Below, one piece after another: positions 9,019-17,115 of a stretch of DNA of 59,907 nt (positions are counted from its first letter, which is position 1; the number at the start of each line of letters is the position of its first letter). This stretch comes from a virus (lineage: Duplodnaviria; Caudoviricetes), in the IMG/VR virus record IMGVR_UViG_3300030103_004214, positions 1 through 59,907 of that record. One strand, given 5' to 3'. A program made the position numbers and the translations under genes. The notes under the pieces are model-generated. The model worked only from the letters and a program-made list of their open reading frames with translations, searched no databases and had not been told where the DNA came from.

Positions 9019-10481
9019 TATTTTTTGAGTGGTATGTTAACTATATCATAGTTAAAGTTCTCTTCATTATACACTTTGATTCTTTCAATTAAATGATTGA
9101 GTGTATAGTTTCTTCGTGATTTGTAACTGATATCATCAGCGATATCATAGAGTGTTGCTTTAGTTTTATTACTTCCTTTACGAAGTACACGACCTATCGA
9201 CTGTAGGTTTCGTATCCGAGACTTAGAAGGAGATGCAAAAATTATATTGTGCAAATTCTTGATGTTAATCCCAGTGGAAAAAGTCCCGTAAGAGGCAACG
9301 ATAATCGCATTATTCTCGCTTTCCGTGATCTCTCGTACCTTTTCCCTATCTTCGGTGGCAACTCCACCATGAACAAAAAAGACATGACGATCAATAATGC
9401 TATTACTATTTATGAGGTTGAATAAAGGTTCACCGTGACCTTCGACTCTTGCAAAGAGTATCAGAGTATTACCTTTTAGGTCTAATGCAAGATTACGAAT
9501 AAAATTATTTCTTCGATTATGAGTAATAATATATTGTATCTCATCTTCAAATGTCTCAAATTTATTCGGTGGGTGTTTCAATAGAAGCACGTTAATATCC
9601 AACGTCGCAACGTGACCTTTCTTCATAAGCTCGTCAGTCTTAATAATTTTGTAAGACGGACCAAATAAACCTTCTAAGACCCACTTGTGTGTTTGTGTTC
9701 CATCAAGTGTTCCTGTAAATCCATAACGATACTTCGCATTTCCAAGTTTAGTCATTATTGATATCAGTGACTTTGACTTGAACTGATGTGCCTCATCACC
9801 AACGACTACAGAAAATCTCTCAAAATACTTTCGAGGAAGTTTATAGATAGATTGCCAAGTGGTAATGATAACCTGTGCATCTGTGACTCTTTCCTTACCT
9901 GCATATATTTTGTGACAATATGAACCTACATCCCATCCATAGTCCTCGAAGTCTTTATACATTTGTTCTACAAGGGAAGTCGTTGGAACAACAATCAGAG
10001 TATTTTGACTTCTTTCAACAAAATATCGCACAATCCCGTATATCATCAGCGACTTTCCTGAAGCAGTTGGAGATATCAATAGTTTACGATTATGTTTTAA
10101 GGCATCATATACTCCATCAACCTGATAGTCTCTAGGTTTATATTTTGATATCGATGTCACATAATCCTTGACACCCTCTCTTGAGATATGTGGATTTACC
10201 TCAAATGGTAAACCATAGTATTCATTCTTCTTAAATTCGTATGTATATTCGTGGTCTTTACAAAACTGTCTTATTTTATCTAACAATCCAACATATATCT
10301 GTCCGTTCTGAATATTAAATAATCTTATCTTACCGTCCCAATACCTGCTTTTATAAGTTGGCATAAATTTTGCACCAGGTACCTCAAACGTGAAGTAGTC
10401 TGCCAATTCATAATAAACGTGTATATCAGATTCGATATGAAGATGCACTTCATCCTTCTTTGATATAATCAAATTTGTCAT
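9018..10481 (-). CDS. uvsW: DNA helicase UvsW
   Basis: WDGKIRLF, PRDYQ, SPTASGKS, DEAH, TGT, QSIGRVLR. Confidence 0.97.
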   Translation of the reverse strand: MTNLIISKKDEVHLHIESDIHVYYELADYFTFEVPGAKFMPTYKSRYWDGKIRLFNIQNGQIYVGLLDKIRQFCKDHEYTYEFKKNEYYGLPFEVNPHISREGVKDYVTSISKYKPRDYQVDGVYDALKHNRKLLISPTASGKSLMIYGIVRYFVERSQNTLIVVPTTSLVEQMYKDFEDYGWDVGSYCHKIYAGKERVTDAQVIITTWQSIYKLPRKYFERFSVVVGDEAHQFKSKSLISIMTKLGNAKYRYGFTGTLDGTQTHKWVLEGLFGPSYKIIKTDELMKKGHVATLDINVLLLKHPPNKFETFEDEIQYIITHNRRNNFIRNLALDLKGNTLILFARVEGHGEPLFNLINSNSIIDRHVFFVHGGVATEDREKVREITESENNAIIVASYGTFSTGINIKNLHNIIFASPSKSRIRNLQSIGRVLRKGSNKTKATLYDIADDISYKSRRNYTLNHLIERIKVYNEENFNYDIVNIPLKK

Positions 10482-10508
10482 AATCTTACACCAATATAAA
10501 GTATATAG

Positions 10509-10799
10509 TTACCTTCTGGGATCGTCAAAATCAATCCAGTGTATACAGTCAACAGGACAAGTATCGATTGCTTCTTGTATTAATTCAGGACTATCACCAT
10601 CTTGTCGGATAGCACGACTTTTACCTCTTTCCTCTGCAACAATAAAAGTATTTGATGCAACGTGAACACAATATTGACAACCAATACATTCTTCTTCATC
10701 TACCCATACTGCTTTCTCACACAACTCTCCACCAAGACAAGGTTCATAACCTGTTATCTCAGTGTTATCAAATATCTCAAATGCAATACGAGGATCAAT
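10509..10799 (-). CDS. Cyanobacterial-type 3Fe-4S/4Fe-4S ferredoxin; start uncertain (ATT 10799 or TTG 10724)
   Basis: VWVDEEECIGCQYCVHVA...AIDTCPVDCIHW. The frame stays open upstream through GYEPCLGGEL, which resembles the N-terminus of picocyanobacterial homologues. Confidence 0.85.
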   Translation of the reverse strand: MDPRIAFEIFDNTEITGYEPCLGGELCEKAVWVDEEECIGCQYCVHVASNTFIVAEERGKSRAIRQDGDSPELIQEAIDTCPVDCIHWIDFDDPRR

Positions 10800-10929
10800 T
10801 TTTATTTTCCTTCAACTTAAAATCTTCTGTCACACCTACACCAGCTTGATAATTTTGAGGATTTTTCTTTGCAAGTTCTACTGACTTTAGACCACCGATG
10901 ATGTCAGCACGATTGATAATAGGTTTCAT
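10795..10929 (-). CDS. Small hypothetical protein (44 aa)
   Basis: Hand translation MKPIINRADIIGGLKSVELAKKNPQNYQAGVGVTEDFKLKENKN; fills the gap between its neighbours. Confidence 0.55.
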   Translation of the reverse strand: MKPIINRADIIGGLKSVELAKKNPQNYQAGVGVTEDFKLKENKN

Positions 10930-10931
10930 GA

Positions 10932-11195
10932 TTATTTAAAGAAGTCGCTATATTCTCCCGTAGGATCTCCAAACACTCTAATTTTTTTGTATTTATTATC
11001 TTTCCTTCTTTGTTTCAATGCGTCTACACCTGTTGAAAAGTCACTTTTATTTACTTTTGTAGATGGTGTATCTGGTGTTGATGGTTTAGATGGTGTTTTA
11101 CCTTTAGGTTTTAATAAATTATATAAAGCGACACCACCAAGACCTAAACCCACCATTGTCTTTAGACCTTCATTAAATTGTTTAAAAGTTTTCAT
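10932..11195 (-). CDS. Hypothetical protein with MKTFKQFNE leader and Gly-rich hydrophobic segment
   Basis: 87-aa ORF; ATGA overlap with the upstream gene. Confidence 0.75.
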   Translation of the reverse strand: MKTFKQFNEGLKTMVGLGLGGVALYNLLKPKGKTPSKPSTPDTPSTKVNKSDFSTGVDALKQRRKDNKYKKIRVFGDPTGEYSDFFK

Positions 11196-11680
11196 GTTCC
11201 TAATCTAATTTTTGCGTCTTTTGGTTTGAATGCTAGTGTTGTATTTATAGGTTTTTCTTTATTTTTTATCGGTGTTGTTTCAATTTTATTTTTATTAGTT
11301 TTATTGTTTGTCGGTGCTGTCTCAATTTTATTTTTATTAGTTTTATTTTTTGCTATTGTAGTATTACTTAGTGTATCAGATACAAAATTTCTTCCATCTG
11401 GACCTACAAATTTATTAGCAGTAGATAAACCCTTAACACCCTTTGCTATTTTATCACTTTTACTTACAAATTTAGCACCTTGAAATATTTTACCACCAGG
11501 TACTGCACCTAAAGCACTTAGTGCAGCTCTACCATAATTACCCTTTCTTGCTTGCTTAACAGCATCATATGCAGAATATGCAGCTAATCCTGCACCTATT
11601 ACTTTTCCTGCAACTGCAAGAGCAGGTAATCCTTCATTTAATTTATTGGTTTCCTGTTGAAACTCATTAAATGTTTTCAT
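11192..11680 (-). CDS. Hypothetical protein with MKTFNEFQQE leader, Gly/Ala-rich hydrophobic helices and a tandem repeat
   Basis: 162-aa ORF; TAATG coupling. Confidence 0.75.
   Translation of the reverse strand: MKTFNEFQQETNKLNEGLPALAVAGKVIGAGLAAYSAYDAVKQARKGNYGRAALSALGAVPGGKIFQGAKFVSKSDKIAKGVKGLSTANKFVGPDGRNFVSDTLSNTTIAKNKTNKNKIETAPTNNKTNKNKIETTPIKNKEKPINTTLAFKPKDAKIRLGT
11269..11352. repeat. 42-bp tandem repeat x2 encoding (N/K)NKTNKNKIET(A/T)P
   Basis: Copies at 11269-11310 and 11311-11352 differ at three positions. Confidence 0.9.
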
Positions 11681-11835
11681 TATTCTGCAATGGTATCATA
11701 CCAGTCTTGACTCATACCTGAGATAATCTTATCTGCTGACTCTTTATCTACAGCATACTTTTCTTCAATAAGGTGTTTCACGACCTTATCATACTTCTCG
11801 TGAATCTGTTTTGCTTCTCTTGGTGTTGGTTTCAT
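11680..11835 (-). CDS. Small hypothetical protein (51 aa, MKPTPREAK...WYDTIAE)
   Basis: Start at ATG 11835 preferred because the late promoter TATAAATA lies at 11858-11865, inside the longer ORF-track extension. Confidence 0.7.
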   Translation of the reverse strand: MKPTPREAKQIHEKYDKVVKHLIEEKYAVDKESADKIISGMSQDWYDTIAE

Positions 11836-11857
11836 AGTAATTATGATTCGTCCTGAA

Positions 11858-11865
11858 TATTTATA
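11858..11865 (-). promoter_or_regulatory. T4 late promoter TATAAATA
   Basis: Perfect consensus heading the 11835-to-uvsW gene run. Confidence 0.75.
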
Positions 11866-11895
11866 TTCTAAATAAATTAGTTTTATCAACAATTA

Positions 11896-12693
11896 ATGAC
11901 AAGTTTGATCGACCCAAAAAAGTATACGAAGACACTTGACCTATTAAGGTCATTTTTTTTGTCTAAAGGTTTCTTAGAAGTTCATACTCAGAACCGTTTA
12001 AGTATACTTGCTGCTTGTGAAGACCCAGAGACAGTAGCAACATACACATACAACGGTGAAATCTGGCCGTTACCTCAAACAGGACAAATGTGGTTAGAAT
12101 ATGAACTCCTGAAAAATCCTGATGTTCCTGGTTTCTTTTGCCTATCTACTTCCTATCGACAAGAACCTAATCCAGTTGCAGGTAGACACGAAGTAATATT
12201 TCCAATGTTTGAGTTTGAGATGCATGGTGGTATAGAAGAACTTAAAAAGATGGAAATTGAATTATGTAAACATCTTGGATTACCAGATTTAGAAATTGAA
12301 ACATATGATGATTGGACAAATATGTTCAATACAAAAGAATTAGATCATGATCACGAGGATAAAATTGGTTATGGTATGATTACTGACTTCCCAGAATTTA
12401 CATCTCCTTTCTGGAATATGTCGAGAAACGACGATGGTAAGACTAGTCGAAAGATTGACGTAATCTTAAATGGTATGGAAACAATTGGTAGTGCAGAACG
12501 TAGCACTGACAAAAAACAGATGCGTGATACCTTCCATACGATATCTGATGGCGAATATGCTAACTTACTTTACAAATTATTTGGTAAGGAAAGAGTTGAA
12601 AAAGAACTTGAAGAGTTCTTAGAGTTTGATTTCTTCCCTCGCAGTGGTGGTGGGATAGGAGTTACACGCATAATGCAAGCGATCCCTGATTAG
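11896..12693 (+). CDS. Class II (Asp/Asn/Lys-type) aminoacyl-tRNA synthetase catalytic-core protein lacking the anticodon-binding domain
   Basis: Motif 1 LRSFFLSKGFLEVHT; LPQTGQMWLE; motif 2 SYRQE...RHEVIFPMFEFEM; PFW; ETIGSAER; motif 3 PRSGGGIGVTR. Only 265 aa, with no N-terminal OB-fold. Confidence 0.88.
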   Translation: MTSLIDPKKYTKTLDLLRSFFLSKGFLEVHTQNRLSILAACEDPETVATYTYNGEIWPLPQTGQMWLEYELLKNPDVPGFFCLSTSYRQEPNPVAGRHEVIFPMFEFEMHGGIEELKKMEIELCKHLGLPDLEIETYDDWTNMFNTKELDHDHEDKIGYGMITDFPEFTSPFWNMSRNDDGKTSRKIDVILNGMETIGSAERSTDKKQMRDTFHTISDGEYANLLYKLFGKERVEKELEEFLEFDFFPRSGGGIGVTRIMQAIPD

Positions 12694-12698
12694 GGATC
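12681..12698 (+). other. Perfect 7-bp hairpin over the synthetase-like stop codon, directly 5' of the tRNA
   Basis: GATCCCT-GATT-AGGGATC. Confidence 0.7.
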
Positions 12699-12702
12699 TC
12701 AA

Positions 12703-12788
12703 TGTGGGGTGGCGAAACTGGTAAACGCACTAGTCTGTTTAACTAGCGTTCCTGGCGGGACTTGTAGGTTCGACTCCTACCCTCACAG
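12703..12788 (+). tRNA. Atypical tRNA, anticodon GTT (Asn), long variable arm, no encoded CCA
   Basis: Acceptor TGTGGGG/CCTCACA + G73; D arm GCG-AAACTGGTAAA-CGC; anticodon stem CTAGT/ACTAG with loop CTGTTTA; 17-nt variable region with stem GTTCC/GGGAC; T arm GTAGG-TTCGACT-CCTAC. Confidence 0.92.
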
Positions 12789-12802
12789 TAAAAAGTTATT
12801 TA

Positions 12803-13234
12803 TTAATTATAACCTGCTTGGAACTTATTCCATTCAATTGCATTTTTGATTTGATAAGTTCGATTTGATACTGCACGAATTATTTCTTCTAAAAATTTAA
12901 GCATTACATCATAGTATTTGATTTTCATATCAATCTTATTCATCTTTGCATCTGCATCTAAATGCCTTTGGATTGCATCTTTCTCACGAACCTTGTAAGG
13001 AAATGGTTCCTCCACATATGCTTCTGCAGATGCTTTTCCAGTATAATAATTATATCTTTCTAATCTAACTTTGGCATAACTTTCCCGTGCCTTCTCCCGT
13101 AACAAAGTAATTGTATTGTAGAGTGTATAATACTTTGAGTGAAGTTGTGGTATTTTAAGTGATTCATCATGTAGATTATCAGGATCGATTTGAGAGTCTC
13201 TCTCCCACATCTCCTGAATTTTTTCAAGATCCAT
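12803..13234 (-). CDS. uvsY: Recombination mediator UvsY
   Basis: D..ID..NL..ES..IP.LHSKY; YYTGKA; R.YQIKNAIEW.KF.AG. Confidence 0.93.
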   Translation of the reverse strand: MDLEKIQEMWERDSQIDPDNLHDESLKIPQLHSKYYTLYNTITLLREKARESYAKVRLERYNYYTGKASAEAYVEEPFPYKVREKDAIQRHLDADAKMNKIDMKIKYYDVMLKFLEEIIRAVSNRTYQIKNAIEWNKFQAGYN

Positions 13235-13770
13235 TAATTACTGGTTGATAGTTTGTATATAGTATACTTGAAAGTTGCCTCTGCTGTAAAGTACTGTATA
13301 TCTGTATTTGTAGCATCAAAATCCAAAGATGTCAAGGACGTAGGAAATAAATCTTCAAATTTAACCTTTGCCACTTCTCTATAGTTACTATTCAATATTC
13401 TAAGTGTTCCATCACTAAATGCTTCTTTATTATCTTTTTGCCCATCTTTATCAGTTGTCAAAGTTTTATATTGTTTTGCTGTTTCTGGAAATCCTAATCC
13501 TTTTAACCAATCATATACTGCAAGATAATTCTCCATATTTTCATCAACTAAAAATCGAAGTGTCAAATCACCAAAAGTTAATCTTTCACCAGGTACATCA
13601 ATATTTTTTAGATATGATGGTTGCTGTGTAAGTTCTAGGTTTAACTCTGGTATTCTAGTGCTATTCGAGAAAAAGTCAACCTTTGGTAACTTAGTTAAAT
13701 TAAACTTAAATGCTACACCTGTAAGGAAGTTTCTATTTTCTATCTGCTTTGCAAATGCCGAGTTCGTCAT
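13234..13770 (-). CDS. gp3: Tail completion / sheath stabiliser gp3
   Basis: NRNFL, PGERLTFGDLTLRFLVDENMENY, LFPTSL; follows gp23 as in cyanophages. Confidence 0.9.
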   Translation of the reverse strand: MTNSAFAKQIENRNFLTGVAFKFNLTKLPKVDFFSNSTRIPELNLELTQQPSYLKNIDVPGERLTFGDLTLRFLVDENMENYLAVYDWLKGLGFPETAKQYKTLTTDKDGQKDNKEAFSDGTLRILNSNYREVAKVKFEDLFPTSLTSLDFDATNTDIQYFTAEATFKYTIYKLSTSN

Positions 13771-13785
13771 TATTAGTTTTATTTG

Positions 13786-13793
13786 TATTTAGA
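13786..13793 (-). promoter_or_regulatory. Late promoter variant (TCTAAATA)
   Basis: Directly after the gp23 terminator, 15 nt before the gp3 ATG. Confidence 0.55.
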
Positions 13794-13794
13794 T

Positions 13795-13823
13795 AAAAAA
13801 AAGAGGGTTCGTATGAACCCTCT
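13795..13823 (-). terminator. Rho-independent terminator after gp23
   Basis: GAGGGTTC-ATAC-GAACCCTC followed by U8. Confidence 0.9.
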
Positions 13824-13843
13824 CGGAAAATATGTAAAAGAGA

Positions 13844-15256
13844 TTACATAAGGTTTGTAACCTTAACTCTTCTGTAGTAACGGTTCTTGTTACGTGTAAG
13901 AACACCAAGTCCTTGTCCGTCAGCCGCACTACCTTGTGAGAATGGGTTCTCGACAATACCATATCTTGTCTTGAATCCAATTTTTGGTTGGAATGTATCC
14001 TGACCAACCGCACGAACCATCTGTAGAGGAACGTATGGGCAGTAGAATAATCCAGCGTCGTATGGAGATGAACCCTTGTAACCAATAACGTAATACTGAG
14101 TATCAGATACGTTAGCTGAGAATGGGTCGATGTATACTCTATACTTACCTTGTAAAACACCAGCAAATGTATTGCCTGTGTCGTCTACGTTTAAGTTTGC
14201 ATTAAGTGCAGGTGTGTAATCTAATACACCAGCCATTGTTAATGCTGAAGCAACGTCTGCGGAACATAGGATCATGTTACCCTTTCCACGACGAGTTCTT
14301 TGTGCGATAGCGTTAGCGTCTCTTTCGATTTGGAATATAAGACCCTTAAACTTCTCAACACTCCATCTTCCGTTGGAGTCTGTGTCTAAGTCGAATGTTC
14401 CACCTGAAGCAACGTTTGCTTGTGCACCTGGTTCAGCGACGTTATAGATTGTTCTGATAACTTCTCTGTTGATTTCAGCAAGAATCTCAGTTGATAGAAT
14501 GTTTGCTAACTCAGCCTCTGCATTCAATCCGTGGATTGCTTTAAGGTCTTGAGCTAATTCTAGACTGTACTCTGCTTTTAGTGCTCTGGACTTCGCTGTT
14601 ACGGTTACTTTCTCGATTGAGAATGCCATCTGGTTGAAGTTATCACCAGTTGTTCCGAGGTCTTCAGCGTCGTCTGTACGCATACCCTGACCTACGTTGT
14701 AGTCAGTAGCATTTGTTTGTGCAGCAGTTCCATTAAGAAGTCCTGGATTAGAACCGTTCTGTGCAGTTGTACCTAAACCAACGTTGCTTGCACCTGTAGC
14801 AGTGAAACCGCTAGTAAGGTCTAATCCTTCATTCTGTCCAGAGAATGCTGAATCTGCTTCGTTGAATAGTGCTTCGCCACCAGACTGATTGTTGAATCTG
14901 GATCTCATTGCGAAGATAAGTCCTGTAGGACCATTCATTGGTTGAACACCAGCAAGGTCATAAGCGACCAAGTTTGGCATTGAACGTCTAATTAATGAGA
15001 TTAGAACTGGGTCGAAACCAGCAACAGGTCCAGTAGCACCTGCGTTAGCAGAGAAACCTGCATTAGCACCTGACTGTGTGTTTACTGTTGGTTGTTCTGA
15101 AAGGAATGATGCTTCCTCTCTTAATTCTTTTTCTTGGTTTTCAAGCAGGATTGCGGTAGTAGCTCTTCTATGAGCGTCCTTGATTGGATCAAGTCCATCA
15201 TAATCGAGGATAGGTCCCCACTTCTCCTGCAAGTGTTGTGTGTTATACATTTGCAT
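13844..15256 (-). CDS. gp23: Major capsid protein gp23
   Basis: FDPVLISLIRR, GVQPMNGPTGLIFAMR, KSRALKAEYSLELAQDLKAIHG, FQPKIGFKTRYG. Confidence 0.99.
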   Translation of the reverse strand: MQMYNTQHLQEKWGPILDYDGLDPIKDAHRRATTAILLENQEKELREEASFLSEQPTVNTQSGANAGFSANAGATGPVAGFDPVLISLIRRSMPNLVAYDLAGVQPMNGPTGLIFAMRSRFNNQSGGEALFNEADSAFSGQNEGLDLTSGFTATGASNVGLGTTAQNGSNPGLLNGTAAQTNATDYNVGQGMRTDDAEDLGTTGDNFNQMAFSIEKVTVTAKSRALKAEYSLELAQDLKAIHGLNAEAELANILSTEILAEINREVIRTIYNVAEPGAQANVASGGTFDLDTDSNGRWSVEKFKGLIFQIERDANAIAQRTRRGKGNMILCSADVASALTMAGVLDYTPALNANLNVDDTGNTFAGVLQGKYRVYIDPFSANVSDTQYYVIGYKGSSPYDAGLFYCPYVPLQMVRAVGQDTFQPKIGFKTRYGIVENPFSQGSAADGQGLGVLTRNKNRYYRRVKVTNLM

Positions 15257-15301
15257 TTGAGTTTTTACCCTTACGGTTTATTGTTTGAATTAATGTTAAA
15301 T

Positions 15302-16387
15302 TCACTTTTTAACAGCTCTGGAAAGAACATCTAGATAGGCTTGCATTCTAGGTGTAGCATCCTCTTGGATTACTTCATCTGTTGAAACCTCTTCTGATAA
15401 ATTCTCAGAGGTGTTCTTTGGAGCACTAGTTTTACTTGGGAAATAAGATTCCTTAAGTGTTTCTAGTTTCTCACGATAGTCTGTATCACTTTCAAACTCA
15501 ACTTTTTCGGCAAGAGTAGCGAGTTTTTCCTTCTGAGTGTCTGCAAGACCTTCAGATACAGCGGTGAAAATACCATCTGCATTGGATTCTGCCAATCTAC
15601 GATTTAGAGCAACGTTGCGATCAATTTGCTCATTGAGTTTATTCTCCATTTCATCAAGCTTGTCTACCATGCTATTAAGCACATCATATTTTTCTTCAGG
15701 AATAGTTACATAATGTTCTTCAAAAAGACTCTTCATTCCTTCTAGGAAAGATTCAGTCATTTCTGTTTTGAGTCCTGACTCTACCTGTAATGCGTTCTCT
15801 TGGAACCACTCATCACAGACATACTCTAAGTATGAGTCAACTCTTTCTGTTAAGCCTTTCTTAATGTCATCTAGTTCTTCAACTAGTGCAGTAGCATAGG
15901 CTTCTTGCAATTCTTCTTTGATTGTTGCGACTTTAGACTTAATCGCAGCTTCAAAGATAGTAGTTGCTTTTTTCTGGAACTCTTCAGAGAGTTCTTCACC
16001 TTCAAGAAGTGCCTGAACGTCTGCTTCGACATCATAGGTTTCTTCTTCTTCGATGACTTCTTCCTCTGTTGTCTCCTCTTCGGCAACAACTTCCTCTTCA
16101 GAAGTTTCCTCTTCAGCAACAACTTCATCAGTTGCTTCTGCAGTTGGTTCTTCTTCGATTACATCGCCTTCAGGTTCTACTGATTCTGCTTTACCTGCCT
16201 TCGCATTCACGATATCCTTAACTTGTGCAAGGGTCGCTGCTGGATCTTTAAGTTTTGCAGAGTCGTCATCAGGACGATAGTTTTCTGGTGTAGGTCCACC
16301 AAGATCCTCTACTGGGATGCCTGATGATGGCATTGGATCGGCTTTACCCGCTCCTGCTGTGACCTGGTTTTCTTCGATGTTTTCCAT
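15302..16387 (-). CDS. gp22: Prohead core scaffolding protein gp22
   Basis: Acidic coiled-coil protein with EDLGGPTPENY, LSEEF.KKATTIFEAA, YLEYV..EW; lies between gp21 and gp23. Confidence 0.95.
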   Translation of the reverse strand: MENIEENQVTAGAGKADPMPSSGIPVEDLGGPTPENYRPDDDSAKLKDPAATLAQVKDIVNAKAGKAESVEPEGDVIEEEPTAEATDEVVAEEETSEEEVVAEEETTEEEVIEEEETYDVEADVQALLEGEELSEEFQKKATTIFEAAIKSKVATIKEELQEAYATALVEELDDIKKGLTERVDSYLEYVCDEWFQENALQVESGLKTEMTESFLEGMKSLFEEHYVTIPEEKYDVLNSMVDKLDEMENKLNEQIDRNVALNRRLAESNADGIFTAVSEGLADTQKEKLATLAEKVEFESDTDYREKLETLKESYFPSKTSAPKNTSENLSEEVSTDEVIQEDATPRMQAYLDVLSRAVKK

Positions 16388-16439
16388 TTCGTGTAAGTTG
16401 TTACCGAGTTTTTTGATTGAATTCGTAAGAATCTATACT

Positions 16440-16447
16440 TATTTATA
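16440..16447 (-). promoter_or_regulatory. T4 late promoter TATAAATA
   Basis: Perfect consensus upstream of gp22. Confidence 0.8.
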
Positions 16448-16460
16448 GATTTTAAATTTA

Positions 16461-17111
16461 TTAGAGGTTATTTAGAAAATCCTGAAACAGACTCAGTTTG
16501 TTCTCCTCTAATCTTCTTTGATCGACAAGTGTATTGATTGTCTTCTGAGTTTTTTCTGCGAGTTCTTCACGAAGACTACCGCCTTCCCAAATCCACTCTC
16601 TCCCTTCCATAATTCCATTTACAAAAGCGTCTGGAGCTGAAGGGTCTGCAACTATATCCGCTGCAGTTGCTAGTTGGAAATCTTCTCCAACCATTTTACA
16701 ACCATTACTACTTTCTCTAAGTGATCCAACACCACGAGAGGAAACTCCGAGTTTAACTCCTTCATCTATTAATGATGAAGCAATCTTACCCATAGGTGTT
16801 GATAGTAATTGTGCTTTTCCTCTAAAGTTATTACCCTCTCTTACAAGAGAAGTAATTTTATGTGAAACACGATCAAGATTCACAGTTGGACCTTCGGGAT
16901 GTCCTAGTTCTCCAAGTGCTCTTCCTTGACCCACAAAAGTTTTGCAGTATCTATTAACTTCTTTTTCAAGAATATCAACTGGATACATTCTCCCGTTTCT
17001 ATTCTTTATACCACCTTGAAGGAATACACCTTCGATATAAAGTTTTTTACCACCATTCTTTTTTTCGGTGATAAATTTAACTTGAGAAATTTCTTCTGTG
17101 ATTAGTTTCAT
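16461..17111 (-). CDS. gp21: Prohead protease gp21
   Basis: MKLITEE (ATG 17111), NRNGRMYP, ALGELGHP, GVSSRGVGSL, DIVADPSAPDA. Confidence 0.97.
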   Translation of the reverse strand: MKLITEEISQVKFITEKKNGGKKLYIEGVFLQGGIKNRNGRMYPVDILEKEVNRYCKTFVGQGRALGELGHPEGPTVNLDRVSHKITSLVREGNNFRGKAQLLSTPMGKIASSLIDEGVKLGVSSRGVGSLRESSNGCKMVGEDFQLATAADIVADPSAPDAFVNGIMEGREWIWEGGSLREELAEKTQKTINTLVDQRRLEENKLSLFQDFLNNL

Positions 17112-17115
17112 TTTT

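Noticed and set aside
11242-11249. TATAAATA inside the 162-aa gene
   Set aside because: Could be an internal late promoter, but in such AT-rich coding sequence a chance match cannot be excluded.
11836-11892. ORF-track N-terminal extensions here and at 568-603, 17112-17141, 23041-23055, 25061-25072, 59012-59029 and 59460-59528
   Set aside because: Downstream ATGs fit SD sites, stop/start coupling or late promoters better.
12735-12741. Reading the tRNA loop as TTA (ochre suppressor) or TTT (Lys)
   Set aside because: The 5-bp stem and 7-nt loop put GTT at positions 34-36 after U33, and genes here end normally at TAA, so there is no sign of recoding.
16040-16160. Acidic repeats (VVAEEET x2) in gp22 as a repeat array
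   Set aside because: Ordinary low-complexity scaffold linker with protease sites.
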